From a virus: DNA of 64,000 bases. Below, one piece after another: positions 53,789 through 63,782 of this stretch (the stretch's first letter is position 1; the number at the start of each line of letters is the position of its first letter). The notes under the pieces were generated by a model that saw only the letters and a program-made list of their open reading frames with translations, did no database searches and was not told where the DNA came from. The translations under genes and the position numbers were made by a program. The DNA lies in IMG/VR virus record IMGVR_UViG_3300029982_000012; one strand, given 5' to 3'.

Positions 53789-54249
53789 GTAAATTGGTTA
53801 GACTTCTAAAGCTTGCCCACTCAATTGAAATTGGTGCGTACCATGCCTATGAGGGTCACTGGCGTAACACCAAAGATCCGACAACACGAAAGAGATTGCA
53901 AGAAATCCAAGAGGAAGAGAATTTCCATAGGCAGCAAGTACGCTTCATGCTCAGCGAAGTAAAATCTAGTCCCAATTTCTTTCTAGATTTTTCCATGTAT
54001 TTGGTGGGGAAATCGGTATCTGTATCTTGCTATGTTATGGGATATAAAGCAGCAATGTGGGGAGCCAAGATCTTTGAAATATTAGGTTCAAACATTTACC
54101 GAAAATTGTCGAGAGAGGCTTTTAAGGAAGGACACTGTTTTATGTCCAATCTTTTATACAAAATGAATAGGACTGAATTAGAGCACGAAGAGTTCTTCAG
54201 AACGTGTCTTATGAAAGGTCAAGAGGCCAAAAAAGTACTTGACCCATAA
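53785..54249 (+). CDS. ferritin-like di-iron protein (Coq7/demethoxyubiquinone hydroxylase-like)
   Basis: AHSIEIGAYHAYEGH...EEENFH...FE...TELEH, i.e. E, ExxH, E, ExxH di-iron ligands. Confidence 0.7.
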   Translation: MSKLVRLLKLAHSIEIGAYHAYEGHWRNTKDPTTRKRLQEIQEEENFHRQQVRFMLSEVKSSPNFFLDFSMYLVGKSVSVSCYVMGYKAAMWGAKIFEILGSNIYRKLSREAFKEGHCFMSNLLYKMNRTELEHEEFFRTCLMKGQEAKKVLDP

Positions 54250-54640
54250 AATCAAAGTTCAATTTATATGTGCTCTTAACTTGGCCAGATTCATTAACCT
54301 TAGTAATTTTGGCTTTTGGAATACTCCAAATAGTTTCCCCTGTAGAACGATCTTCTAAACGAAGGCTAACATAATTTGATGCCGCAAGATCGGAAAATAA
54401 AGGCCTCAAGTTTTGCCCTTGAACACCACCGGATTGTTTTACCCTTAATCCTCTCACTGAGCCTCTGGTGGCCACTTGACCTCCTCCAGCCAGTTCTTGG
54501 GGATAAGGGGAGTTGATACCATAAATGGCGTATTCTCCAGTATCAAGTTCTAAAGTGACGCTTTGTGCGACTTTATAAATTTGATTATTAACATACAATC
54601 TAACCAAAGCTCCTGATAAAATTATACTTTGTTGTGCCAT
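54209..54640 (-). CDS. tail tube-like protein
   Basis: 143 aa beta-rich; AQSVTLELD.GEYAIYGINSPYPQEL pattern; baseplate context. Confidence 0.6.
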   Translation of the reverse strand: MAQQSIILSGALVRLYVNNQIYKVAQSVTLELDTGEYAIYGINSPYPQELAGGGQVATRGSVRGLRVKQSGGVQGQNLRPLFSDLAASNYVSLRLEDRSTGETIWSIPKAKITKVNESGQVKSTYKLNFDFMGQVLFWPLDLS

Positions 54641-54648
54641 AAAATTCC

Positions 54649-56589
54649 TTAAGGTCCGTACACATACGAAATTTCATTCGCTCCAGGTATGGGACTTTCC
54701 CAGCCGCCCAACCCAATTGAGTTTGGATACAGCACCGTGTATATGACGGTTACACCGGCAGCAACGATAGTATCAATCAAGTTCTGTGCATATACCCGAC
54801 CACTTGCTGTATCTGTCAAATATGGCTGATAGGCACTTCCATCTGTAGGAAGTACAATTGGACTTTTGCTCGCAACCAATAAAACAGAAGCGCCTTCAGC
54901 ATGAGCCTGTTGAATGAAATATGCTGGACTAATCAACAATGTTCCACTTGAAGGAGCGGCAATATACGGAATTGGTCCTTCTTGATCGCTACATCCATAA
55001 TTGATTATTAAATACCCTGTAGTATTTGGAAAATCGGTAGAATTCGCAACATTAATGATCTGTCCTGTTTCGCCATTTACTGCGGAAGTTAGCGTTGTAG
55101 AGGCCCCACCAATTGTAAAGCCTTGGCTCGTATCATAGATATATGGCCCTAAAGTTGTTGGTTGGGACGGTCCATTATCGGATGCTGTTGAAGCCGTTTC
55201 TGATATCAAAATAATTGCATTATTTGATATAGAAAGGGTTAAAGTAGGAGCCGCTATAGCGATTGCGGTATAGGCACTTTGGGCTACTGTATTTGCGGTA
55301 TCTTCAGGATTTGCACTAACTTCAATTCCGGTAAATCCAGGTATCGCTGGATCAGTATTACTTCCACCAGAAACATTAAACCAAACATAGTATTGGTTAG
55401 AATTTCCCAAATCGCCAATTAAATAGTAACTTCCGGCCCCAATCGTATTAAAATTACTTGCAGCTTCAAAAATCAATTGAGTCTGTGGCATTTCAGAAAT
55501 ACCGTGTAGGTGGGCAGATCCAATCCTGGTTCTTTGGATTACCTGTGTTGTAGCCGGAACAAATATTTGTAAGATATTGGCTTGAGTCTGATATACGGCA
55601 GCATAATAAGATTTACTTAAAATAGTTTCCCTGATTGGAACGAAAAATTGAATAGCAGAATCTATTCCTTGAACAATAATTCCAGGACTTCCTGTTGGAT
55701 TGTTAATCTCGAAATATGAAGAATTAATTGCGCCACCTTCGGCAGATACAATAGTATAAGTACCTTCATTATTGGAAGATGTAAATCCACCACCGTAAAT
55801 ATTTACATACTGTCCAGGTTCTACATCGCCAACCCCAGGATCTGCGCCGCCAGTCCAAGTAAATCTTAAATTCCCACCGGGCTGTTGGGAAATGGTCCAT
55901 TGCGTAGAAAAGTTTCCTGCTGTCGGAACAGTTGCTGGGAAAAGGAGTACGTTTTGTGCTCGACCTCCATAAACCGTAATGGAAGAGGAAGCCCCAATTG
56001 TATCACTAAGCAACTGAACATAATTACCATTACCATCGTTATTTAAAATTGCGCTACCGGAAACACCTAAATTGCTTAGCCCAATTGAAATTGCATTAGC
56101 TACTTCTTGTGCGGTTGCCGCTGCTATATTTGTAAATTGACTAGTAGAAAAAGTAACCGTATAAGTTCCAGTACCATCAAAATTGATCATTAAGGTATCG
56201 CCATCTTGAAGGGCATACGGCTCAAAATTCTGAGAATTACTAGTTGTTTTTACGAATTGATCACCAAAAACGGCGTCTAAGATTTTGTTGATTAAATCGC
56301 GTACCTGTTTTCTGTTTTTGACTTGAATTCCAATTGTTCGAAAGATATCATCGCTAAGACCAATAGTTGGGTCTCTCACGATACCGTAGTTGGATAAAAC
56401 TAGATCTAAATAGTTGCCTTGGGCAGTTGCTACGTAAAGACTGTCATTTACTGCCTGAACGTTGTTTACTAAATAGGCAGAATTCGTAGCCAAAGCATTT
56501 AATACGGCATCGACTTTTGGACCCTTCATAAAAGGATTCAAGTAAGAACGCAGTCTTTTGTATTCTTGTGCTTGTGTTGTTACTGCCAT
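54649..56589 (-). CDS. baseplate wedge protein (P2 gpI/T4 gp7-like N-terminus) with inserted domains
   Basis: TAQGNYLDLVLSNYGIVRD...LSDDIFR; C-terminal IVAAGVTV. Confidence 0.7.
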   Translation of the reverse strand: MAVTTQAQEYKRLRSYLNPFMKGPKVDAVLNALATNSAYLVNNVQAVNDSLYVATAQGNYLDLVLSNYGIVRDPTIGLSDDIFRTIGIQVKNRKQVRDLINKILDAVFGDQFVKTTSNSQNFEPYALQDGDTLMINFDGTGTYTVTFSTSQFTNIAAATAQEVANAISIGLSNLGVSGSAILNNDGNGNYVQLLSDTIGASSSITVYGGRAQNVLLFPATVPTAGNFSTQWTISQQPGGNLRFTWTGGADPGVGDVEPGQYVNIYGGGFTSSNNEGTYTIVSAEGGAINSSYFEINNPTGSPGIIVQGIDSAIQFFVPIRETILSKSYYAAVYQTQANILQIFVPATTQVIQRTRIGSAHLHGISEMPQTQLIFEAASNFNTIGAGSYYLIGDLGNSNQYYVWFNVSGGSNTDPAIPGFTGIEVSANPEDTANTVAQSAYTAIAIAAPTLTLSISNNAIILISETASTASDNGPSQPTTLGPYIYDTSQGFTIGGASTTLTSAVNGETGQIINVANSTDFPNTTGYLIINYGCSDQEGPIPYIAAPSSGTLLISPAYFIQQAHAEGASVLLVASKSPIVLPTDGSAYQPYLTDTASGRVYAQNLIDTIVAAGVTVIYTVLYPNSIGLGGWESPIPGANEISYVYGP

Positions 56590-56590
56590 A

Positions 56591-59500
56591 TTATGAGCCT
56601 ATCAAAGAAACCGAAATATCTGAAATTTGATTTGCAATGAAAGCTTTCTCGCCAGTTACTAACTGAATCTCATCTGAAGCAACTGTGTAGGCAGGATTTG
56701 TGATCACAACAGATATAACTCCAGGAATTGCTCTAACTGCTTCAACGATGGAAGACAAATCGATACTTTGACCTAACGGATTAGATTGAATGAGGGCATA
56801 TACAGTAGACTGAATTTGGCTAGTAATTTGCGCAAAAGACACGCCGATATTTGTCCTGATTGCAAGAGAAATCTGAATATTCTTTAAAAGCGGTTCTCTA
56901 ATGAAAATATCTGTTCCTGCGGCATTTACACCAGGATAAGTAATAGAGTCTCTTGGATCTCCATAAATAACCCTGTTTGCTTCTCCAATAAGACCTATAT
57001 CGAAATTGTAACTATCGATACCACTTCTAAAAGTTGTTGGAAAGTTTAATTTACCTAAAGATGTGAGCCCTACATTTGCAGATAAATTAATTTTATCGTA
57101 TTGTGCAGAAGTATTAAGCACAATATTGTTAAAATTAGTTGTTCCAGGCTGAGGAGAAATATACGCAACTTGTTTGTATCCAGTATAAACTTTTCCTTCT
57201 TGCACAGACAAAGAAACTGAATTTGTGGATAGATTGGTATTGTATTGCGTAGAAACAACACCGGCAATAATTGCCGTAGTTGGACTTAGAACTTCAAGGA
57301 TTTCATAGGTTCCAGCATTTCCTGTACCTAAAACCGATCCATTAATTACTAACTTATCGCCAGGAATAGTTGCGTCATATTGGAAAAATTGGATTTGCGG
57401 TCTACTTACAGAGAAGGTAACCGCAGACATGCTAGATTGATTAACGGCTTCTGGACTAATTACGGTTAAGAACGATTCTTGCCCTGTTTGAGTAACAACA
57501 AAACTGAAAGCTGCTGGCATCGATACATCAACAGGAGAGTTAGTAGCAGCAGAAACAGTATTGGTAGCCGTAACAACATTAGATGCAACAGATACGTTTA
57601 TTGCAGTCAGATGTCCGTTAAGGGCATTGTATAATTCGTTTGCTACAGTAGTAGAGGAATCGGAAGCGTTAATGGTTACTTCGATGCCAGTAAACCCAAC
57701 AGGTGCTGGATCAGTATTACTTCCACCAGAAACATTAAACCAAACATAGTATTGGTTAGAATTTCCACCATTATAGAGTTCAAAATAATCAGCAGCGCCA
57801 GAAGAAGAAAATGTACTACCGGCTGGCATAGTGAATTGAGTAATTTGTACCTGTGAAGGTCCAGAATTTGTAACCATGAAACTGCCTTGGTTATCGATAT
57901 TAAATCCAGTTCCAAAAGTAACAACATCTCCTGGTAATACGTTTTGTAAATTAGGAGGTGTTCCAGTCCCTGTCCAGACCAATTCTTGTGTGCCTAAAGA
58001 GGTGACTACATTGAATACGGATGTTGAGTCATAACCAGTAGAAATTGGATTAACTACGCAAGTAATTTCTTCTTCTATTGCATTATCATTTTCGTACCAG
58101 ATACTGTTGTTAAACATTCTGATAACTCTATAAGTTCCTTGATTTAAAGGAGAGAAAGGAGAGGCAAGAATTACGCTATCTCCTTCTGAAACAGAAGAAG
58201 TTGAAGTAAAGGCTCCTGCAGCAATTGCAGTACCACTCTCAGCCACTGCATTTGGATTAGATACAGTAAAAGAATTTCCTGTAAGACCTTCTACAAAGAA
58301 AGTACCATTATTGCCTGCATTGGCAGCGCCAGTAACAGTAACTAAATCGCCGATTGATAACTCAGAAAAATTTGTATTTCCAGATGCAACGGTATATGTT
58401 CCAGTAGCGGATACATTTAGGGTCCATCCTCCAGAATCATTAAAATTTAAATTTGTACTAAAATTAGGAGATGATCCAACACCATTCCAACTCAAACAAG
58501 CAAGGGATCCTTGCTTTTCAATTCTGAAAGTGTCACCCTCTACCCTTACATAATTTCTTGGGCTACCAAAGTAAAGTTGATCCGCTGTTTGGTTTTCCAA
58601 AATAACGGTTGATTCGCCAGAAATTGGGGTATTGCTTAAAACAGTAACGCTCGTATTAGACGAGAAACCGGTATTCTTATTTTGATAATTTTGTGCCGCT
58701 GCTCTAAACCATTGATCGCTCGCCACAGCTTGACTTGCGATACTATTGGCAGAGAATATCATTTCGTTATTGCCTAACAACTCTCCAGAAGTAAGAACTG
58801 GCACAACATACTCATTACCGCTTCCGCCCACAATTTGAATTGATCCTACAGATCCAACTGTATTGGTTGCTAATTGGAGATGCGTACCTCTATCAGAAAC
58901 TTCAACATTTCCTACGGTAGTAAAGCCAGTTACTGCCAAAATAGACCAGAATTTCTGTACTTGATCCATTGTGGTTGGGACTAATACCACTGTGTCTCCG
59001 GCATTAAAAGAATATCCTGTATCGCTTGGATAGGTTAACGGTTTTTTAAAGGTAAACTGAGGAGTTACACCAATAGAAGAGTAAGCGATTGTTGTGTCTC
59101 CTACTCCACTTCCACTTACTTTAGTAAGCACTCCAGATGCTGGCGGAGTACCGATTGATCCAGTGGTGGTAAGGGATGTTCCAGCACTAATAGAAGATGT
59201 GACCGTAAAATATTGTAATTGATTATTACTATTGAAAGTTGTATATACTGCTCCTACAGTAGCATTCGCAGCACCAACAGCAAATACATACTGACCATCA
59301 TTGGCAATCCAGTTAATCCCGTCTTTCAAGAAATAAAATGGGATCGTGAATCCACTATCTTCATAGGTACTTAACACAATAATACCTGAACCAGAAGTTC
59401 CGCCATCATTCACGATTGTAGTCGTAAAATAATTAGACAAATTTGCGTTCACATAAGTATTAATTTGGGCTGCAGTAGTTGGAGATGATTGGTAAAAATA

Positions 59501-62500
59501 AATACCATTCAAAACACTGGTCGTAACATTGGTTTGAGCAACTGCAACTCCGTCAGGTCTTTGCACTGTAAATGAAGTTGAGGTTGGCGCAAATCCTGCA
59601 GCAGTTGAGATCCTGAAAGTTCCAGTATTATTTACATTAAATCCAGTAGAAGGCAATATCGTTACATATTCTCCACCAGACAAAGTAAGTGCTGGAGATG
59701 TACCGGTTCCACTAAAGGAAAATGAAGAGAAAGTAATGGTGGTATCACCTGTACCACTAGTTTTCGTTAATGTTCCAGAAGCGGGAGGCGCCCCATTAGA
59801 TCCGGTAGAAACTAAAGTTGTGCCGCCAGCTATCGTAGTAGTTACAGTAAAGTTTTGGCCGTTGCTACTTACATATGTGGCACCTGCAGTTGCGTTTGCA
59901 GAACTAACAGTAAAGGTATATTGGCCTGCCCAATTATATGTTACTTGATCGATTCCTGCTGTAGGAGTGTTTGGAGTTATAGTAACATTCCATTTCGTAT
60001 TCGAGGAAATATTTGTTGTAATTGGATTTCCAGAAGCCAAACTAATTTGTACACTTACATTGTTTGCTGAAGTAACTGAGATACTAGAATTAATAGCCTG
60101 ATTAGCCGAACTTGGATAGACATAAGAAACATTTATATACTCCCCGCTTGCTCCCCAAGCAGTAGATCTATAAAGAAGAGCTGTTTGGGTGTTTGATCCT
60201 TGCAATACATATTTTGCTTGCAATAACGCTTTAAAGTTTGAAAAGTCAAACCCAGTGAAATTGGTAGAAAAGCTAGCAGTTGGTCCAGTTGCGGTGTCGT
60301 ATGCATTAAAACTGTAATTGTTTATTGCGTATGTGCTATTTACTAACGCATTTCTATAAAGAGGAAGAGTATAGGTCTCACCAAGGGTATTATTGTCTAC
60401 AATTACAACTACAGAATCGTTATATCCAAAATCCAAAGGATTTGCTATATAAAATCTGTCTGCCACTCTTAATCTACGAACATCTGGGTATTCTGGTAGG
60501 ATTGTAATGGCACTTCCAGCCGTTTCTGACATCTGAACGGTTTCACCGGAAGGCTGTTCATCATCAAGAATGGTTCCTGGAACTATTCCGTATGGGTTTA
60601 GGAATTGAATTAGTTCATTAGGGTCAAAAGAAGATACCGAAATAGCTGAAGAGAAATTGGTTACATAGGTGTCAATCGGTTCAGCATATGAATCAGAACT
60701 GATTGTTGAATGAAAAAACAAAGGAAGTTCTGCTTGGGCAGACTGAGTCTCATAATATGCAATTAATGCACTTTGACTTACACTATTAAGTCCGCTCTTG
60801 AAGTTTAAAAGAGATCCGGCAGTATCAGAAGTAACTACAGTAATTTGTCCATTTAAGTCATCAGAATTCGAAGTAATGGTAATGTTAGTATTGTCAATAA
60901 TATTAAATTGTAATTGATCGGTTTGAGTTTGTAGTTCAATAGCAATTGCATTCAGTGTTTTGGTTCCTGCTTGAACTCTAAATTTTTGCGGAACATTGCT
61001 GGTTCTTACGACAGCAAAGCCAGAAATATAAGAATTATTTGCAGAAGCAGAAGCTATAGCGTATTCTGCTGCGGTAACTTTAATATCTAAAGTGCTACCA
61101 GTGTTTGCATGAACTCTTCCTTCGAGTTGATCCCCAGACGGTACTTGAGGAGACCAAACAATTACATAGTCTCCCGGTAATACATTTGAGAATGCGGAAG
61201 AAGAATTACTTGTATACCTAACAGTATTTGAGCCTACAAGTGTTACCGACAAGAGAGATCCCGAAATAATAGTCGGTATAAGAACTGCATTTGTATCAAT
61301 TGAAATCCATATGTGGGCATCTGACGAAAGCGTTAAGGAGCCTGAAGAAATGGCTGAAGATTCGATATTGGCTTGGGTAACTGGAGTTCCTGCAGACAGA
61401 GAATCTCCCGCAACTAATGCTGTTACTAATTCAATTTGGGCTGTGTTTCTATCTAATATATAATCCGATGCTACCCCTTTAGAGAAAAGATCGCTAATGC
61501 TGATGACGCCTTTTGCAATTAAAGAAGTGGGATTTGATGCTGGAGTACTCACTACCAACAGAGTGCCGCCACTAATAGTAACGCCTACGGTAAATGTAGC
61601 GCCATTATTGGTATAAGTGGCTCCAGCAGTAGCGTTTGTACTGGATACTGTAAAGGCATATTGCCCATCAGATAATTGTAAGAAAGTAGAATAACTAATT
61701 GATGCGTCTCCACTTCCACTTACTTTAGTAAGCACCCCAGGACCTGTAATTGGGGTGTACAGAGTATTAACGATATTAATCTGAGCTCTATCAATTGCTC
61801 CTAAGTTACTGGTAATTTCAATTGTAGATCCCACAATAGATGCGGTGATGCCGGAAACTACGCTATTTAGAACATTTACCCAAGATTGTAGGCTGTTTGA
61901 ATAGGAAAGGGTCGTATAGGTTCCTTCAGCAACAAAGTCGGCATCCGTTAAAGTATAAGTAATAGGGCTCGTTCCATCAACTCCAATACTTAAAGTTTCT
62001 CCAGAAGCTAGAGTAGGAGACCAAAGACTTTGTTCTTGTGTAAAAATTGATGCAGTAGACCCATCTTCTGTTAGGAGTTTACCGTTCTTGTAAAGCCTTA
62101 AGGTTTCTGCTATTTGTGAAGGGAATTCCAAAACAGAGTTTGCATCTGTTACAGAAGAACTTGCGGGAGTTGTGACCTGAATCTTATTTGTGACTTCATC
62201 TTCTGGTCTGATAACTACATATGTTCCGCCACCAGCAGTTACTGCCTCAAAATTAAGTAGTGTATCTGCATTTATGCTTGCGCATACTTCATATGCAGTT
62301 GCACTACCAGGATTCGCGAAATCGGTAGATGCAAAAGTGTGTTCGTAAGTAATATTACCAACAACAACCGTAAGTACCTCACCGCCAGATAAAGCAAAAG
62401 GTTCTAGCGCTACAGTTTGAAGGAAAGCCTTGGTTACAGAAGTTTGTTCTCCGCCAGTAACCAATTGAAAAAATTTCTCTCCACCTAAAGCTGAGTTTAC

Positions 62501-63763
62501 GATGGTCTCAATGGCAACACCGGTATGGGTTGCTTCTAATCCAGCCCCATTATCAATATAGACAGTAGTATTTGTAGCCGAATTCAATACGTCCGTACTT
62601 ACAATTGTGTCTGATCCAGTTGGGTCTTGGACTCCTTGAAGAGCGGATTCAATTGCGGTAACGGTACCTAGACCGGTAGAAGCTAAAGCATTCTTGATGT
62701 TGATTCTTAATTCGTCATCTGTTTCAGTATCTAGCCCTGTAGTAATACCAAGCGGATTTGTTACAAAGGCATTTGGAAGACCGGTAGGATTCCCAGAAAA
62801 TTCAGAGATTGCACCTGCAGGAACATTCGCTGCGGATCCCGGTAAGACGGCGACGATTGGAATATTGGTTACAGTCGTTTCTCCATCTAAAATAATTCCA
62901 CTTTGGGTTACAGAATATTGAATATCTGGAGTTGTTCCAATTCCTGGACTAATTACTATAGTGTTTACTGGTACGGTTCTAACGCCACCTTGGGAAAGAA
63001 TCACTGTCTCGCTGATATTATGAAATTTTGTAGTTGGACTATCTAATGTTATTTCCCAAAAACTTCCAATTTGAACTGGTGGGGCCTTATAAGTAAATGC
63101 AGTACCATTGGTCGATGCCGTATTGCTGATATGGATCTGACTTGAAGAGTCAATAGAAGAAATTGTTGTTCCAGTTGGGATTCCGGCTCCAAAGACAGTA
63201 AATCCTACTAGTAAATTGGCCGTAGAAGGGATTCCTGAAATAATATTGGACGCTATAGAACTAACTCCAGTAAATCCAGTAGAGTTCGCTCCATAAGAAA
63301 TGGGACCTTCTACGTTAACACTTCCTCGACCGATATAAATTGCGCCTGTGGCAGGAAAGGAAGAGGCATTACTTACAAAAATAGTGGTAGAGCCAGCGAT
63401 TGGGGGATTCGCTCCTGCATAAATTAGAGTAGATATTTTTTGAAAAGAAAGATCGGTAACTGTTACGAAACTCGTAGCAGCGGAAGCTCCAACAACCGGA
63501 ACATTGAATTCGGCGGCCAAATTCTTTAAAGCTGGTCCAGTAGCACGATCTAGGTTGTAATCTCTTAAAATCTGGAATATGTCCCCACTTGCACGGGCTA
63601 CCATAAGAGCAACAACTTTAAAGAAACTTACGTTTGCCGACCCAATGTTTAGATCGTTGATCCCCAATGCAGACGCATAACTACTCGATGATTGACCAAG
63701 TAAGTCTTCATAGGACTGGGGCTGTGGTAAAGACGAACTTGGGGGAGTTGGGCTAGTTGCCAT
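56591..63763 (-). CDS. giant baseplate J-like (gp6-like) wedge protein, 2390 aa
   Basis: LDRATGPALKNLA, PGSAANVPAGAI, VTNP..ITTGLDTETDDELR, GTVTAI; C-terminal NPLGQSIDLSSIV...IPGVISV. Confidence 0.85.
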   Translation of the reverse strand: MATSPTPPSSSLPQPQSYEDLLGQSSSSYASALGINDLNIGSANVSFFKVVALMVARASGDIFQILRDYNLDRATGPALKNLAAEFNVPVVGASAATSFVTVTDLSFQKISTLIYAGANPPIAGSTTIFVSNASSFPATGAIYIGRGSVNVEGPISYGANSTGFTGVSSIASNIISGIPSTANLLVGFTVFGAGIPTGTTISSIDSSSQIHISNTASTNGTAFTYKAPPVQIGSFWEITLDSPTTKFHNISETVILSQGGVRTVPVNTIVISPGIGTTPDIQYSVTQSGIILDGETTVTNIPIVAVLPGSAANVPAGAISEFSGNPTGLPNAFVTNPLGITTGLDTETDDELRINIKNALASTGLGTVTAIESALQGVQDPTGSDTIVSTDVLNSATNTTVYIDNGAGLEATHTGVAIETIVNSALGGEKFFQLVTGGEQTSVTKAFLQTVALEPFALSGGEVLTVVVGNITYEHTFASTDFANPGSATAYEVCASINADTLLNFEAVTAGGGTYVVIRPEDEVTNKIQVTTPASSSVTDANSVLEFPSQIAETLRLYKNGKLLTEDGSTASIFTQEQSLWSPTLASGETLSIGVDGTSPITYTLTDADFVAEGTYTTLSYSNSLQSWVNVLNSVVSGITASIVGSTIEITSNLGAIDRAQINIVNTLYTPITGPGVLTKVSGSGDASISYSTFLQLSDGQYAFTVSSTNATAGATYTNNGATFTVGVTISGGTLLVVSTPASNPTSLIAKGVISISDLFSKGVASDYILDRNTAQIELVTALVAGDSLSAGTPVTQANIESSAISSGSLTLSSDAHIWISIDTNAVLIPTIISGSLLSVTLVGSNTVRYTSNSSSAFSNVLPGDYVIVWSPQVPSGDQLEGRVHANTGSTLDIKVTAAEYAIASASANNSYISGFAVVRTSNVPQKFRVQAGTKTLNAIAIELQTQTDQLQFNIIDNTNITITSNSDDLNGQITVVTSDTAGSLLNFKSGLNSVSQSALIAYYETQSAQAELPLFFHSTISSDSYAEPIDTYVTNFSSAISVSSFDPNELIQFLNPYGIVPGTILDDEQPSGETVQMSETAGSAITILPEYPDVRRLRVADRFYIANPLDFGYNDSVVVIVDNNTLGETYTLPLYRNALVNSTYAINNYSFNAYDTATGPTASFSTNFTGFDFSNFKALLQAKYVLQGSNTQTALLYRSTAWGASGEYINVSYVYPSSANQAINSSISVTSANNVSVQISLASGNPITTNISSNTKWNVTITPNTPTAGIDQVTYNWAGQYTFTVSSANATAGATYVSSNGQNFTVTTTIAGGTTLVSTGSNGAPPASGTLTKTSGTGDTTITFSSFSFSGTGTSPALTLSGGEYVTILPSTGFNVNNTGTFRISTAAGFAPTSTSFTVQRPDGVAVAQTNVTTSVLNGIYFYQSSPTTAAQINTYVNANLSNYFTTTIVNDGGTSGSGIIVLSTYEDSGFTIPFYFLKDGINWIANDGQYVFAVGAANATVGAVYTTFNSNNQLQYFTVTSSISAGTSLTTTGSIGTPPASGVLTKVSGSGVGDTTIAYSSIGVTPQFTFKKPLTYPSDTGYSFNAGDTVVLVPTTMDQVQKFWSILAVTGFTTVGNVEVSDRGTHLQLATNTVGSVGSIQIVGGSGNEYVVPVLTSGELLGNNEMIFSANSIASQAVASDQWFRAAAQNYQNKNTGFSSNTSVTVLSNTPISGESTVILENQTADQLYFGSPRNYVRVEGDTFRIEKQGSLACLSWNGVGSSPNFSTNLNFNDSGGWTLNVSATGTYTVASGNTNFSELSIGDLVTVTGAANAGNNGTFFVEGLTGNSFTVSNPNAVAESGTAIAAGAFTSTSSVSEGDSVILASPFSPLNQGTYRVIRMFNNSIWYENDNAIEEEITCVVNPISTGYDSTSVFNVVTSLGTQELVWTGTGTPPNLQNVLPGDVVTFGTGFNIDNQGSFMVTNSGPSQVQITQFTMPAGSTFSSSGAADYFELYNGGNSNQYYVWFNVSGGSNTDPAPVGFTGIEVTINASDSSTTVANELYNALNGHLTAINVSVASNVVTATNTVSAATNSPVDVSMPAAFSFVVTQTGQESFLTVISPEAVNQSSMSAVTFSVSRPQIQFFQYDATIPGDKLVINGSVLGTGNAGTYEILEVLSPTTAIIAGVVSTQYNTNLSTNSVSLSVQEGKVYTGYKQVAYISPQPGTTNFNNIVLNTSAQYDKINLSANVGLTSLGKLNFPTTFRSGIDSYNFDIGLIGEANRVIYGDPRDSITYPGVNAAGTDIFIREPLLKNIQISLAIRTNIGVSFAQITSQIQSTVYALIQSNPLGQSIDLSSIVEAVRAIPGVISVVITNPAYTVASDEIQLVTGEKAFIANQISDISVSLIGS

Positions 63764-63782
63764 TTAAAAACCTCTTATACAG

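Noticed and set aside
35853-63763. Antisense + strand ORFs rich in Val/Pro/Ala (e.g. 37492, 40866, 41337, 41802, 46064, 47907)
   Set aside because: Expected by-product of Thr/Gly/Ser/Ala codon bias on the coding strand; no SD or independent motifs.
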